64,000 bases of DNA from Vicinamibacteria bacterium (lineage in GTDB: Bacteria > Acidobacteriota > Vicinamibacteria > Marinacidobacterales > Marinacidobacteraceae): the NCBI GenBank assembly GCA_965116805.1, contig OZ220713.1, forward strand, positions 532,942 through 596,941, written 5' to 3'. Both the position numbers and the translations under genes were made by a program. Under the pieces are notes generated by a model. It was not told the DNA's origin. It saw only the letters and a program-made list of their open reading frames with translations, and made no database searches. Positions 52,020 through 61,418 of this stretch are shown here, one piece after another (within the stretch, counting starts at the first letter, position 1; every line of letters begins with the position of its first letter).

Positions 52020-54043
52020 GCCCTCGGGGCGCCGCGGCGTTGGTCGCGGTGTGGGTGGTGGGGGCGTCCGCCTGGGCGCAGCCGCCGGGTTCGGCGGAGC
52101 ACGCGGAGGCGCGGCGGCTGCTGGGGAGCGGCGATGGGGAGGCGGCGCTGGAGAGCGCGTTTGCGGCGGTCACGGGCTCCGACGCGTTCGAGCCGACGGA
52201 CTGGAGCCAGGAGATCCCAGAGGGGCGGATCGTCCTGGACGAGTTCACCGGGGCCGCGAATGCCGCGTACCGGCTGGCGCGGGCGGCGTACCGGGTGACG
52301 CTGGGGGATGCGCTGGCCGCTACGGGGGACGCCGTGGGGGCGGCGCGGGAGTACCGGCGGGCGATTGCGCTCGATCCGCGAGCGGAGACGTGGCGCCGGC
52401 TGGCGGATCTTCCGGGGATCCCGCTGTCCGGGCGGGTCGATGCGCTGCTGCGGTCGTGGGCGCGTTCGGGGGGATCGGATCCGGAAGCGTTGGAGTTGTT
52501 GCGGGAGACCGGCGCCTTTCGGACCGAGAACGGGCTGGCGGCGGCGCTCGACCGGTTCCGCTTCCGGGCCCCCGAGACCTCGCGGCGGCGGCCGCCGGAG
52601 GGGACGACCCCTTACGACGGGGTCTTCCCGGTTCTGTCGCTGGCCGTCGAGGGGGGCGTCTGGTCGAGCGAGCGCTCGTTCGGGGAGGGCCGGCCGCTCG
52701 TCCTCTACTTCCCAGCGGACGGCTGTCCGCGCTGCGGCGAGGTGCTGGACGAACTGCAGAACGCGCTGCGGGGCCAGCCCGCGGACGTGCTGGCGGCGGT
52801 GTCCGACGCCGACCTCGCCATCCTGACCCGGATCGCCGGGTTGACGGGCGGCGGGTTCTTCATGCCCGAGCCGCAGTCGGCGGCGGCGCGGGCGGGGATC
52901 CGGGAGCGCCCCATCGGGCACGTCGTCCGGCGGGTCACCGTGGGATTCCAGCCTGTTGCGGACACCGGCGGCACCCTCTGGCTGGCGGCGCGGGCGGGGC
53001 TTTCCGTCTGGCGTCTTCCGCTGGGCGGCGGTTCGGTGCGCCGCGACCTGAGCGCGCTGTTCCGGTTCCTCGACAACTCCCCGATCGAGGGCAGCGGCGC
53101 GCCGCTGGTGGAGGTCCCGGACGACGCGGAGGCGATGATCGAGGTTCTGCGGCGCCTCGAGGCCGGCGCCGAACCGGTGCGGGACATCGAGGAACGGCTG
53201 CTGAACGCGGTCCGCACCGGGTTGCGGGGGGCCAGCGATCCGGCGGGGCGCGGGGTGTCACTGCTCCGGGCGGCTTCCGGGCTGGAGGCCGGGGACGCTG
53301 CCCGGCTCGCGCTGCTGGCGCGGATGACGCCCCGCTTCGGGGAGCGTCTGCTGCAGGCGGCGCAGGCGCTGGACGGGGACGTGGTGCGGGCCGTTCCGGG
53401 CGGGCGGCTGCGGGTCGCGGCCGTCGGGGAGTCCTTCGTCATCCAGCGGGACTACGAGGGGGCGGACGGCGCGGCGCTGGTGCTGTCGGCGGTGGTCCGG
53501 CCGGGAGATCCGGGGCAACTCGAGGTGCTCGAGATCGTTCCCGGACGCGCCGGGAACGTGACCGCCCGCGAGGAGGGATTGGTGTTCCTGCGGGAGCGTC
53601 CCGACGGAGAGGCCTGCCTCGCCTGGGGCCCCGCCACCGGCCCCTTCGAGGAGGACTGCACCGCCGATTTCCGTGAGGGCGCGGTGGTCGTCTCCCGGAG
53701 CCAGCTCGCCGGCGGCAACGACGCCGGCGCGCCGGACTACCGGGTCCGGGTGGACGGCGGCCCGGAGCCCGCCGAGGTCGCCGCGCTGACCGAGGGCCTG
53801 GCCGCGTTCGCCGCCGGCGAAGCCGAGGCCGCCGGCGCCGCCTTCACCCGCGCGTCCGGAACCATCGGACCAGGATCCCCACTCGACATGGCGGCCATCC
53901 GCTTCAACCTCGCACTGGTGGCCGAGGCCCGCGGCGACCGCGAGGAAGCCCTCGCCGCCCTCCAGGCCATCGGCGACGCCACGTTCCCGGGCGTACTCGA
54001 AGAAGCGATCCGCCGCCTCTACCGCGCCGGCGAGAATCGCTGA
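52016..54043 (+). CDS. Exported hypothetical protein with TPR-like ends and a central thioredoxin-like CxxC segment
   Basis: Signal peptide, TPR-like helices, PLVLYFPADGCPRC; TTG start overlaps the upstream stop. Confidence 0.65.
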   Translation: MSPRGAAALVAVWVVGASAWAQPPGSAEHAEARRLLGSGDGEAALESAFAAVTGSDAFEPTDWSQEIPEGRIVLDEFTGAANAAYRLARAAYRVTLGDALAATGDAVGAAREYRRAIALDPRAETWRRLADLPGIPLSGRVDALLRSWARSGGSDPEALELLRETGAFRTENGLAAALDRFRFRAPETSRRRPPEGTTPYDGVFPVLSLAVEGGVWSSERSFGEGRPLVLYFPADGCPRCGEVLDELQNALRGQPADVLAAVSDADLAILTRIAGLTGGGFFMPEPQSAAARAGIRERPIGHVVRRVTVGFQPVADTGGTLWLAARAGLSVWRLPLGGGSVRRDLSALFRFLDNSPIEGSGAPLVEVPDDAEAMIEVLRRLEAGAEPVRDIEERLLNAVRTGLRGASDPAGRGVSLLRAASGLEAGDAARLALLARMTPRFGERLLQAAQALDGDVVRAVPGGRLRVAAVGESFVIQRDYEGADGAALVLSAVVRPGDPGQLEVLEIVPGRAGNVTAREEGLVFLRERPDGEACLAWGPATGPFEEDCTADFREGAVVVSRSQLAGGNDAGAPDYRVRVDGGPEPAEVAALTEGLAAFAAGEAEAAGAAFTRASGTIGPGSPLDMAAIRFNLALVAEARGDREEALAALQAIGDATFPGVLEEAIRRLYRAGENR

Positions 54044-54160
54044 TCGCAGAACGGCTTGGAACGCCGGCGGCGCCGCGCGAGCGCTCAGCGGTACGCGGTT
54101 TCGCGGCCTGCGGCCGCGATGCCGGCCGGAGGCCGGCGCTCCGAGCCGACACGCCGGAAT

Positions 54161-54231
54161 GTGCACGTTCGCTTCGACTTTTCCACATTGGCGTCCGAAA
54201 CGGGAAGAAACGGACCGGAATTACGTCTAGG
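54161..54231 (+). promoter_or_regulatory. Conserved leader element, copy 4
   Basis: GTGCACGTTCGCTTCGAC-TTTTCCACA-N15-GGAAG-N16-CGTCTAG. Confidence 0.7.
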
Positions 54232-54349
54232 CAGATAGGGGGAAACAACGGGTTTCCTCCACTGCACATCAGGAGGAGTTCCCGATGCCGAACACCGGCC
54301 ACGTCCCGCCGATCAATCCGCTCTGCGCGTCCGACGGGGGGTTGGTAGC

Positions 54350-54928
54350 ATGACTGCCCCACAGGTTGCAGAAGCAGTGTTCGACAGCCACCGGTTCGTG
54401 AAGCGGCTCACCGAGGCCGGCATGGAGCGAGGGCTGGCCGAGGTCCTGGCCGAAGAGCACATGGGCCCCTGGATCCGAAACGTCGCCACAAAGACGGATG
54501 TCGAGAGCTTCCGGCGCGAAGCAGCCACCAAGGCCGACACGGAGCTGGTTCGGAGGGATCTGGCAGACACCGAAGCGAACATCCGGCGAGACGTCGCCAC
54601 GAAGGCGGACGTGGAGGCGGTCCGGGAGGACCTGGCCAACTTCCGCGCAAACGGCGTCTCCAAGAAGGATCTCGAGGACCTCCGTGCCGACATGGCCTCC
54701 AAGAAGGATCTCGAAGACCTCCGCGCCGACATGGCCTCCAAGGAGGATCTCGAGGACCTACGCACCGACATGGTCTCCAAAGAGGATCTCGCGCACACCG
54801 TGAAGCTGGTCCAGATGGACGTGGAGAAACGGATCGCCGTGCTCCGCGGTGATCTGATCAAGTGGATGTTCGGGGCGCTGATGGCCCAGGCGGCGCTCGT
54901 GGTGGCCATGATCAAGCTGTTCTCGTAG
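54350..54928 (+). CDS. DUF1640/CCDC90 family membrane-anchored coiled-coil protein
   Basis: Head FDSHRFVKRLTEAGM...AEVLAE, ATKxD and MASKxDL 11-aa repeats, LIKWMFG...TM. Confidence 0.87.
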   Translation: MTAPQVAEAVFDSHRFVKRLTEAGMERGLAEVLAEEHMGPWIRNVATKTDVESFRREAATKADTELVRRDLADTEANIRRDVATKADVEAVREDLANFRANGVSKKDLEDLRADMASKKDLEDLRADMASKEDLEDLRTDMVSKEDLAHTVKLVQMDVEKRIAVLRGDLIKWMFGALMAQAALVVAMIKLFS

Positions 54929-54944
54929 GTCGAGAGTTCGGCTT

Positions 54945-55072
54945 CCGCCCGCCTGCGGCGGGCTGTGCCGGCTGAAGCCGGCGTTCCAAGCCGGCGGCGC
55001 CATCCGGGCGCGCAGCGGTACGCGGTTTCGCGGCCTGCGGCCGCGGTGCCGGTCTGAAGACCGGCGGTCCCC
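54945..55072. repeat. REP-like cluster between convergent coiled-coil genes
   Basis: GCCGGCTGAAGCCGGCGTTCCAAG and GCCGGTCTGAAGACCGGCGGTCCC hairpins. Confidence 0.75.
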
Positions 55073-55139
55073 GCCTTACTCCAGGCCCGCCAAGCCCTTC
55101 ACCGACGCGATCAGCTCCCTATCGAGCTGGCAGAGGCAG

Positions 55140-55805
55140 TTAACCGCCGACCAGCGCCGCCACCGCCCGCTCGAACAGCGGGCGAATCAGTCCCCCGGCC
55201 AGAAGCAGGCCGACGGCGCCCAGGACGCCCCAGGCCAGGCGGCGCGTTCCGGAACTCCGTTCCAGGGACTTGTTGGCCAAGGCCGTGAGGTCCAGCAACG
55301 CGTTCTCCAGTCTCTCGAGCCGGACTTCCGCCGCTCCGAACCGTTGGGCGATTCCGGCCTCCAGCTCCTTCGTGCGTTGCTCCGCCCGAGCGTCCACCTC
55401 AGTCAACCGCTCGTTGAACCGGACCTCCAGCTCCTTCGCCCGGCGCTCCGCCCGCGAGTCCACTTCGGTCAACCGCTCGTTGAACCAGACCTCCAGCTCC
55501 TTCGTCCGCTGCTCTGCCCGAGCGTCCACCCGGGCGATGTCGGTCTTGAGTTCCCTGAAGTCCTCGCGGTGCTGCCTCCGGAAATCCCGGAACTCCTCAC
55601 GGTCCTCCTGCCGTTCCGACCGAAGTACCGCGAACTGACCGTGCACGAGGTTGAACCCGTCGGTGAGGTTCCGGTCCAGCGCCCGGATCGCCGCCATTTC
55701 TGCGCTGTTCACGACTTCCTCTTGACCGTTGCCGAGACCAGTATAGGGCCCCTCCACGACGCCGGTGGCGGCGGCGGCAACCGGGTTTTTCTTCGCTTCG
55801 TTCAA
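55140..55805 (-). CDS. Membrane-anchored coiled-coil protein with 22-aa repeats
   Basis: Three copies of VD(A/S)RAE(Q/R)R(T/A)KELE...FNERLTE, C-terminal TM, RBS GGAGG before TTG. Confidence 0.75.
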   Translation of the reverse strand: MNEAKKNPVAAAATGVVEGPYTGLGNGQEEVVNSAEMAAIRALDRNLTDGFNLVHGQFAVLRSERQEDREEFRDFRRQHREDFRELKTDIARVDARAEQRTKELEVWFNERLTEVDSRAERRAKELEVRFNERLTEVDARAEQRTKELEAGIAQRFGAAEVRLERLENALLDLTALANKSLERSSGTRRLAWGVLGAVGLLLAGGLIRPLFERAVAALVGG

Positions 55806-55867
55806 GGCAGTGGTCCCTCCAGGTGGAATAGCGACGACGAGGCGCGCGTGCCCCGTCCCTCACCACC

Positions 55868-55938
55868 TATAGACGCAATTCCGCGTACTTTCTTCCCATC
55901 CGGAGCGCTTTTGTGGAAAAGTCGGTGCGAAGCGGCAC
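55868..55938 (-). promoter_or_regulatory. Conserved leader element, copy 5 (most diverged)
   Basis: Minus strand GTGCCGCTTCGCACCGAC-TTTTCCACA-N15-GGAAG-N16-CGTCTAT. Confidence 0.65.
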
Positions 55939-56052
55939 TCAGCAACTCCCGTCCTCAAGCCGGCGGCGCCGTCGGGGCTCGCGGGCGTACCGTGTTTCGC
56001 GGCCTGCGGCCGCGGTGCCGGCTGAAGCCGGCGCTCCAAGCCGACGCGTCCC

Positions 56053-57492
56053 CTATTCCAGCCCCACCAAGCCCTTCACCGACGCGATCAGCTTCAGGGA
56101 GTCGTAGCCGACGCCGTCCTTGAAGACGGTCACCACGTTCCGGATCTGGAAGGGGTCGGCCACCGGATCGCCGTCGATGAGGATCAGGTCGGCGAGCTTG
56201 CCCTCCTCGATGCTGCCGAGGTCGCCGTCCACCCCGAGCACCCGGGCGCCGTTCAGGCTCATCACCTGGAGCGCCTGGGCCGGGGTGAACTCGGCCTCGA
56301 GCAGCAGCTCGTAGTTCCGCTGGTCGCCGAAGCCGGGTAGGGCGCCGCCGTTCCCGGTGGGGTCCACCCCGGCGGCGAGCAGGCCGCCCGCCTGGAAGTA
56401 GCGGTACTCGAACGCCTGGGCCTTCGGGAAGAGGTCCTGCATGACCGCGTCGCTGGCGCCGGCGATTTCCTCGCGGCGGGCGAGGTACTCGTCGCGGGCC
56501 CCGGGGGAGAGCGCCTCCAGGTTCCGGTCCTCGAGCGGGGGCCGGCCGGGGACCGAGAGCTCATAGACCGCCAGCGTGGAGGTGAGCGCGACCTCGTTGT
56601 CCACCATGTGGGAGATGGTGGCGTTGACCTCGTCCGAATCGATGTCGATGTCGCGGAGGGTGTTCCGGAAGTCGGGCGGGCACTCGTCCGGCTCCTTGTC
56701 CGCGTGGTACTCGGTGTTCGTGAAGAACCCGTGCTCCAGCGAGTCGATCCCGAGGTCCACCGCCTCCCGGAAGGTCACCGAGCAGAGGTGCGCGGTGAAC
56801 TTGAGGCCGTGCTTGTGCGCTTCCTCGATGGCGGCGCCGAGCTCGGCCCGGGAGATACGGGTGTAGGCCTTGAACCAGGTCGCCCCTTCCTCGGCCCAGT
56901 AGGCCACCACCCGGCGGGCGTCCTCGGGGTTGTTCACCTGGGTCATGTAGGTGCTGGCGCCGGCGCCCGAGATGTAGGGGCCGGTGATGTGCATCCGCGG
57001 GCCCACGATCTCGCCCGCCTCGATGGCGCGCCGCATATTGATCTCGCTGTACGGGGAATAGCTGCCCGTGGTGCGGATCGTGGTGACGCCGGCCGCCAGG
57101 TAGAGCCGCGGCGAGGTGGTGTTCATCTGCGAGTGCCGCGCCGCCGTCGTGTAGAACGTGTGGTTGTGGATGCCGATGAGGCCGGGGATCACGGTGTGCC
57201 CGGAGCCGTCGATCTGCCGCGCGCCCTCGGGGATCGCGACGTCGCCGTCCGCGCCCAGGCTCTGGATGCGGCGGTCGGCGATGACCACGGTCTGGCCGGA
57301 GCGGGGGGCGGCGCCGGTGCCGTCCACCACCTGGACCCCGGTGATCGCGATGACCGGGTCGCCGTACTGCACGAACTGCCGGGCGTCTTCGGTGAGTTCG
57401 TCGGCGGTCTGAGCGGCGGCCGCCGCCGGGAGCGCGAGGAGCGCGATGGCCCCGACAAGCCCAAGGGCCTTCCTGAAAGAGAGATCGGACAT
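56053..57492 (-). CDS. Amidohydrolase family protein (secreted)
   Basis: Signal peptide, VIPGLIGIHNH, SLEHG, GSIEEGKLADL, VFKDG. Confidence 0.9.
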   Translation of the reverse strand: MSDLSFRKALGLVGAIALLALPAAAAAQTADELTEDARQFVQYGDPVIAITGVQVVDGTGAAPRSGQTVVIADRRIQSLGADGDVAIPEGARQIDGSGHTVIPGLIGIHNHTFYTTAARHSQMNTTSPRLYLAAGVTTIRTTGSYSPYSEINMRRAIEAGEIVGPRMHITGPYISGAGASTYMTQVNNPEDARRVVAYWAEEGATWFKAYTRISRAELGAAIEEAHKHGLKFTAHLCSVTFREAVDLGIDSLEHGFFTNTEYHADKEPDECPPDFRNTLRDIDIDSDEVNATISHMVDNEVALTSTLAVYELSVPGRPPLEDRNLEALSPGARDEYLARREEIAGASDAVMQDLFPKAQAFEYRYFQAGGLLAAGVDPTGNGGALPGFGDQRNYELLLEAEFTPAQALQVMSLNGARVLGVDGDLGSIEEGKLADLILIDGDPVADPFQIRNVVTVFKDGVGYDSLKLIASVKGLVGLE

Positions 57493-57569
57493 CGGCGCCT
57501 CCTTGCCGGAGCGGGAACCGGCGAACGGTACCCCGAATCCGGCCGTCCGTGCGAGAATCACCGGTTCCC

Positions 57570-58913
57570 ATGCGCGCCCTGACCCGTTCGCGTCTTAGCG
57601 GTTTCGCCGGCGTCCTGCTGCTCGCCGCCGGGGCCGGGGCCCAGGAGGGCGTTTCGCCGCTCGAGACCCCCGCCCCGGACGGGAGCGGGATGTACTCGCT
57701 CTACGCGGCGCCGGAAGGGGCGACCTTCCTCAGTTGGGTGGAGACGGCCGGCGAGGGACATGCCCTCCGGTTCTCGGAACTCCAGCGTCCGGGGGGCAGC
57801 GAAGAGGTGACCGAGGACGCCTGGGGCGAGCCGAAGCCGATCGCCGAAGGGTCCGACTGGTACGCGAACTGGGCGGACCACCCGAGCATCGCGCTCGTCG
57901 GGGAGGACCGTCTCGCCGCGCACTACCTCGTCCGGAACCCGGAGGCCAGCGGCCACTACGGCTACGGGCTGAAGATCGTTTTTTCCATGGACCGGGGCGC
58001 CACCTGGCGCGAGGTGTTCTCCGAGGGGCTGAACAACGTCGAGAGCTACTCCGGATTTGTTTCCTTCACCCCGGAGCAGGGCGGATTCTCGGCGGCCTAC
58101 CTCACCCCGCCGCCGGGCGCGACGGACCCCGCGGACATGACCCTGCGGCTCGCCCGGTTCCACGAACAGGGCTACCAGCTCGGCAACCAGCGGCTCGACC
58201 CCGACGTATGCAGTTGCTGCCCCACCGCGATGGCGACCATCGACGGCGATCCGGCCGTCGTCTACCGGGACCGGGTCCGGAACGCCCCGGAGGACGACGT
58301 CCGCGACATCGCCATCACCCGCAAGCTGAGGGGCCGCTGGGAGCCGGCGAGGCCGGTCCACGCCGACGGCTGGGGCATCAACGCCTGCCCGGTGAACGGT
58401 CCCGCGATCGCGGCGACCGGCAGCGCCGTGGCGGTCGCCTGGTTCACCATGGCGAGCGGGGAGCCCGAGGTCCGCTTCGCCTTCTCGCAGAACGGCGGGG
58501 AGAGCTTCGGAGTCCCGATCCGGCTGGACGGCGGCAACGGGCGCGGCTACACCGCGGTCACGATGCTCGACGACGGCAGCGCGGTCGCGGCCTGGCTCGA
58601 AACGCCCGGCTCGCGGCAGGGCGAGGTCCGGGTCCGGCGCGTCTGGCCGGACGGGCTCATCGGGCCGTCCGTCAAGGTGGCGGACGCCCCGGCGGGCCGG
58701 GAGGCCGGGGTCCTGCAGCTCGTCCGGGTGGCCAACGAGCCGCCCCCGGAGCCGGAGGAAGACGAAGAGGCCGAGGACGAGGCTGACGAGGAAGAGGCGG
58801 CGGAAGGCGAGGACATCGAGGAGGTCTTCGACGTCCAGGAACGCCTCATGGTCGCCTGGCGCGACGGCAAGGTCCGCACCGCCGTCGTGGCGGTCTCCGC
58901 CCTGGAGTTCTGA
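57570..58913 (+). CDS. Secreted BNR/Asp-box (sialidase-like) protein
   Basis: ANWADHPS, SMDRGATW, VCSCCPT, DGWGINACPVNGP, SQNGGESF. Confidence 0.82.
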   Translation: MRALTRSRLSGFAGVLLLAAGAGAQEGVSPLETPAPDGSGMYSLYAAPEGATFLSWVETAGEGHALRFSELQRPGGSEEVTEDAWGEPKPIAEGSDWYANWADHPSIALVGEDRLAAHYLVRNPEASGHYGYGLKIVFSMDRGATWREVFSEGLNNVESYSGFVSFTPEQGGFSAAYLTPPPGATDPADMTLRLARFHEQGYQLGNQRLDPDVCSCCPTAMATIDGDPAVVYRDRVRNAPEDDVRDIAITRKLRGRWEPARPVHADGWGINACPVNGPAIAATGSAVAVAWFTMASGEPEVRFAFSQNGGESFGVPIRLDGGNGRGYTAVTMLDDGSAVAAWLETPGSRQGEVRVRRVWPDGLIGPSVKVADAPAGREAGVLQLVRVANEPPPEPEEDEEAEDEADEEEAAEGEDIEEVFDVQERLMVAWRDGKVRTAVVAVSALEF

Positions 58914-58921
58914 CGGCCCGT

Positions 58922-59045
58922 ACGGCTTGGAACGCCGGTCTCCAGACCGGCACAGCCCGCCGCAGGCGGGCGGGGGGACGGATCCCATGCGCCGGAAGGG
59001 CGCGACGGCTTGGAACGCCCGCTTCAGCCGGCGTTCCAAGCCGTG
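58922..59045. repeat. REP-like cluster
   Basis: GGCTTGGAACGCCGGTCTCCAGACCGGC and GGCTTGGAACGCC...GGCGTTCCAAGCC. Confidence 0.75.
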
Positions 59046-59194
59046 GCGTCACCTCCGCTCCGAGTCGAGTAGCGCACCATTGCCGTTGGTAAATCACGGG
59101 CGTTTGCTGTGGTAGCGTTGCCGGTGTCAGCCCTCAAATGCCCATGCCTTGATGCCTCTTGTGCTGACTCGCATTTCACAAGGGAGGGCCGGAC

Positions 59195-59482
59195 GTGGAT
59201 GCAGAAACAAAGCAGTTTCTGACCGAGCAGTTCGCGAGTTTCCGCAAGGAAATGAACGCTCGCTTCGACAATGTCGATCAGCGCTTTGATGAAGCATCCG
59301 CAGAGCGGGAGTTGATGTGGGGGGTTCTGGTGGAGAACACCCGCCACCAGCATCGAATGCTCAAGGAAGCGAGGAAGGCGGCCTCCAAGGACGCCCCGAC
59401 GACGGCCCCCGGCAAGAAGCGCAGGAAGGCGAGAGGCGGTCGTTCCGCTTCCGCTGTACCGTTGGCGGCGAAGGATGGCTGA
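59195..59482 (+). CDS. Small coiled-coil protein with basic tail
   Basis: RBS GGGAGG, EMNARFDNVDQRFD heptads; lower GC. Confidence 0.6.
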   Translation: MDAETKQFLTEQFASFRKEMNARFDNVDQRFDEASAERELMWGVLVENTRHQHRMLKEARKAASKDAPTTAPGKKRRKARGGRSASAVPLAAKDG

Positions 59483-59700
59483 CTAACTACCGGTCAGAAC
59501 CAGACGGGGCGGAGCCGATGCGCCGGTGGACCCGCCGCAGCCTTCTGGCCCGGCGCCTTCGCCAGGAGATCTGGCACGGGCGCCGCTCCGGCCCATCCGG
59601 TCCAAGGGGGATCGCAGATCAACTCGCCGGGCGGCTGGACCTGCTTAGTCAGCGATGCAATCCCCGGTACAGAATGGTCTCTGCGTCAGGAGGCATGCCG

Positions 59701-60030
59701 ATGGCCGCGACCCAGCCGATCCCGGTTCGGGAGTTGCATGACCTTTTCGAGAGGCACCTCCGGTTCGACTTCGCCGAGCGTCACCACAGCCAGTATGCGC
59801 TGATCTATCGCGACGCGACGGTGCCCGGCGCCGATCCGGTCGAGCAGCTCCGGTCGGGAGCGCTCTTCTGCGAAAGCATGGAGGCTGCCGTGGACGAGGC
59901 GTATCGCCGGAGCCTGCAGCCGGGGTATTTCCTGGTCGCGGAGTGCGTCTTCCGCAGCGAACGGCAACCCGCCATCGTGTACTCCAGAGTGGCGGGCGGG
60001 GAGCTGGCGGTTTCGGCGCTGGCGTTCTGA
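59701..60030 (+). CDS. Small hypothetical protein (DUF5678-like pattern) with a C-terminus borrowed from a duplicated gene end
   Basis: RBS AGGAGG; FERHL...QYALI...EAAVDEAY...GYFLVAEC...YSRV, then LAVSALAF. Confidence 0.55.
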   Translation: MAATQPIPVRELHDLFERHLRFDFAERHHSQYALIYRDATVPGADPVEQLRSGALFCESMEAAVDEAYRRSLQPGYFLVAECVFRSERQPAIVYSRVAGGELAVSALAF

Positions 60031-60407
60031 GGGCGGAGACGACTCGGAGCGCCGGCCTCCGGCCGGCATCGCGCGGGAGCGCGAAACCCGCGTCGACCGC
60101 GCTGCTTTACGGCGATGTGGGGGGCCGCGCTCGGCTCCTTTCGGGCGGTGAGGCGCCGTTCCTGGCTGGGATCACGCCAGGTGGGTTGGTTGGGGCATAC
60201 GTTTCGCGGCCTTCGGCCGCGCGTGCCGGTCTGAAGACCGGCGCTCCCGGCCCGACCGCTCCGCATCGAGGAGGGCCTGTTTCCGCTCGCGGCCCCAGCC
60301 GACCCGGGAGAGCAGCTCCGGGCGGGGAGCTGGCGGTTTCGGCGCTGGAGTTCTGAGGGCGCGTCACCTGCGGGGGTGGGCCGGGGGCGCGGTGAGGGCG
60401 GGTGGGG

Positions 60408-61358
60408 TTACGACGTGCGCGGTGCGGAGCACCGCGCGTGCCGGTCTGAAGACCGGCGCTCCCACCCCCTACCCGACCGCTCCGCGTCGAGGAGGGCTCG
60501 TTTCCGCTCGAGGCCCCAGCGGTAGCCGCCGAGGTTGCCGTCGCCCCGCAGGACGCGGTGGCAGGGCACCAGGACCGCGACGCGGTTCGCTGCGCAGGCG
60601 GCGGCCACGGCGCGGGCCGCCCGCGGCCGTTCGATTCCTGCCGCCAGCTCGCCGTAGCTGATGACGTCGCCCTTGCGGACGCTCAGGAGGAAACGCCAGA
60701 CCTTCATCTGGAAGGCCGTGCCGCGCAGGTCGAGCGGTAGTTCGGGGCGCGGGGCGCCGCCGGCGAGGTGCGCCTCCAGCGCCGTGATCCAGGCGTCGAG
60801 TTCCGGAGCGTCCTGTGCGCCCGAAGCGATGAGGTCCGCGTTCGGGAACTCCCGGCGGAGTTGCTCGAGCAGGGTTTCCGGGGCCTCCCCGAACTGCGCG
60901 AAGCAGACGCCGCGTTCGGTGGCCGCCATCAGCAGGGCGCCAAGCGACGTGTCTCGCCACGCGTAGGCGATCGTCTCGCCGGCGCCGCCGGCGCGGTAGG
61001 CCTTCGGAGTCATCCCGACGTTGCGGGCGGGTTCGCCGTAGACCCGGCTCAGGGATCCGAAGCCCGCCGAGAAGATCGCGCCGGCGACGCCGTCGCCTTC
61101 CTTGAGCGCCGCCTTCAGGCGCTTCATCCGGACCGCGTCCTGATACGCCTTGGGCGAGACGCCGAACGCGGCCTTGAAGACGCGCTGGAAGCGCGATGGT
61201 GAGAGGCCCACCTGCCCCGCAAGTTCGCGCAGCGTGAGGCGCTCCTCGGCGTGGGCTTCGATGTGCCGGGCGGCTTCGACCAGTCGCGTCAGCCGCGACT
61301 CGGGGTCCCCGGGGCGGCGGTGCTGGCCCGGTTCGGATGGCATCGGCATTCTTTTCAA
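60408..61358 (-). CDS. ada: Ada-like AraC-HTH / O6-methylguanine-DNA methyltransferase (no N-terminal Zn-binding domain)
   Basis: GLSPSRFQRVFK..GVSPK, LDLRGTAFQMKVW, VPCHRV active site, YRWGLERK. Confidence 0.9.
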   Translation of the reverse strand: MKRMPMPSEPGQHRRPGDPESRLTRLVEAARHIEAHAEERLTLRELAGQVGLSPSRFQRVFKAAFGVSPKAYQDAVRMKRLKAALKEGDGVAGAIFSAGFGSLSRVYGEPARNVGMTPKAYRAGGAGETIAYAWRDTSLGALLMAATERGVCFAQFGEAPETLLEQLRREFPNADLIASGAQDAPELDAWITALEAHLAGGAPRPELPLDLRGTAFQMKVWRFLLSVRKGDVISYGELAAGIERPRAARAVAAACAANRVAVLVPCHRVLRGDGNLGGYRWGLERKRALLDAERSGRGWERRSSDRHARCSAPRTS

Positions 61359-61418
61359 CTCCCGACGTCATTCCAGCGCAGCCGCCCCTGCGCGTCCATC
61401 CGATTCTTGCCGCCGAAT

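Noticed and set aside
54350-55805. Diversity-generating retroelement explanation for paralog variation
   Set aside because: No reverse transcriptase is present, and differences between repeats are not adenine-specific.
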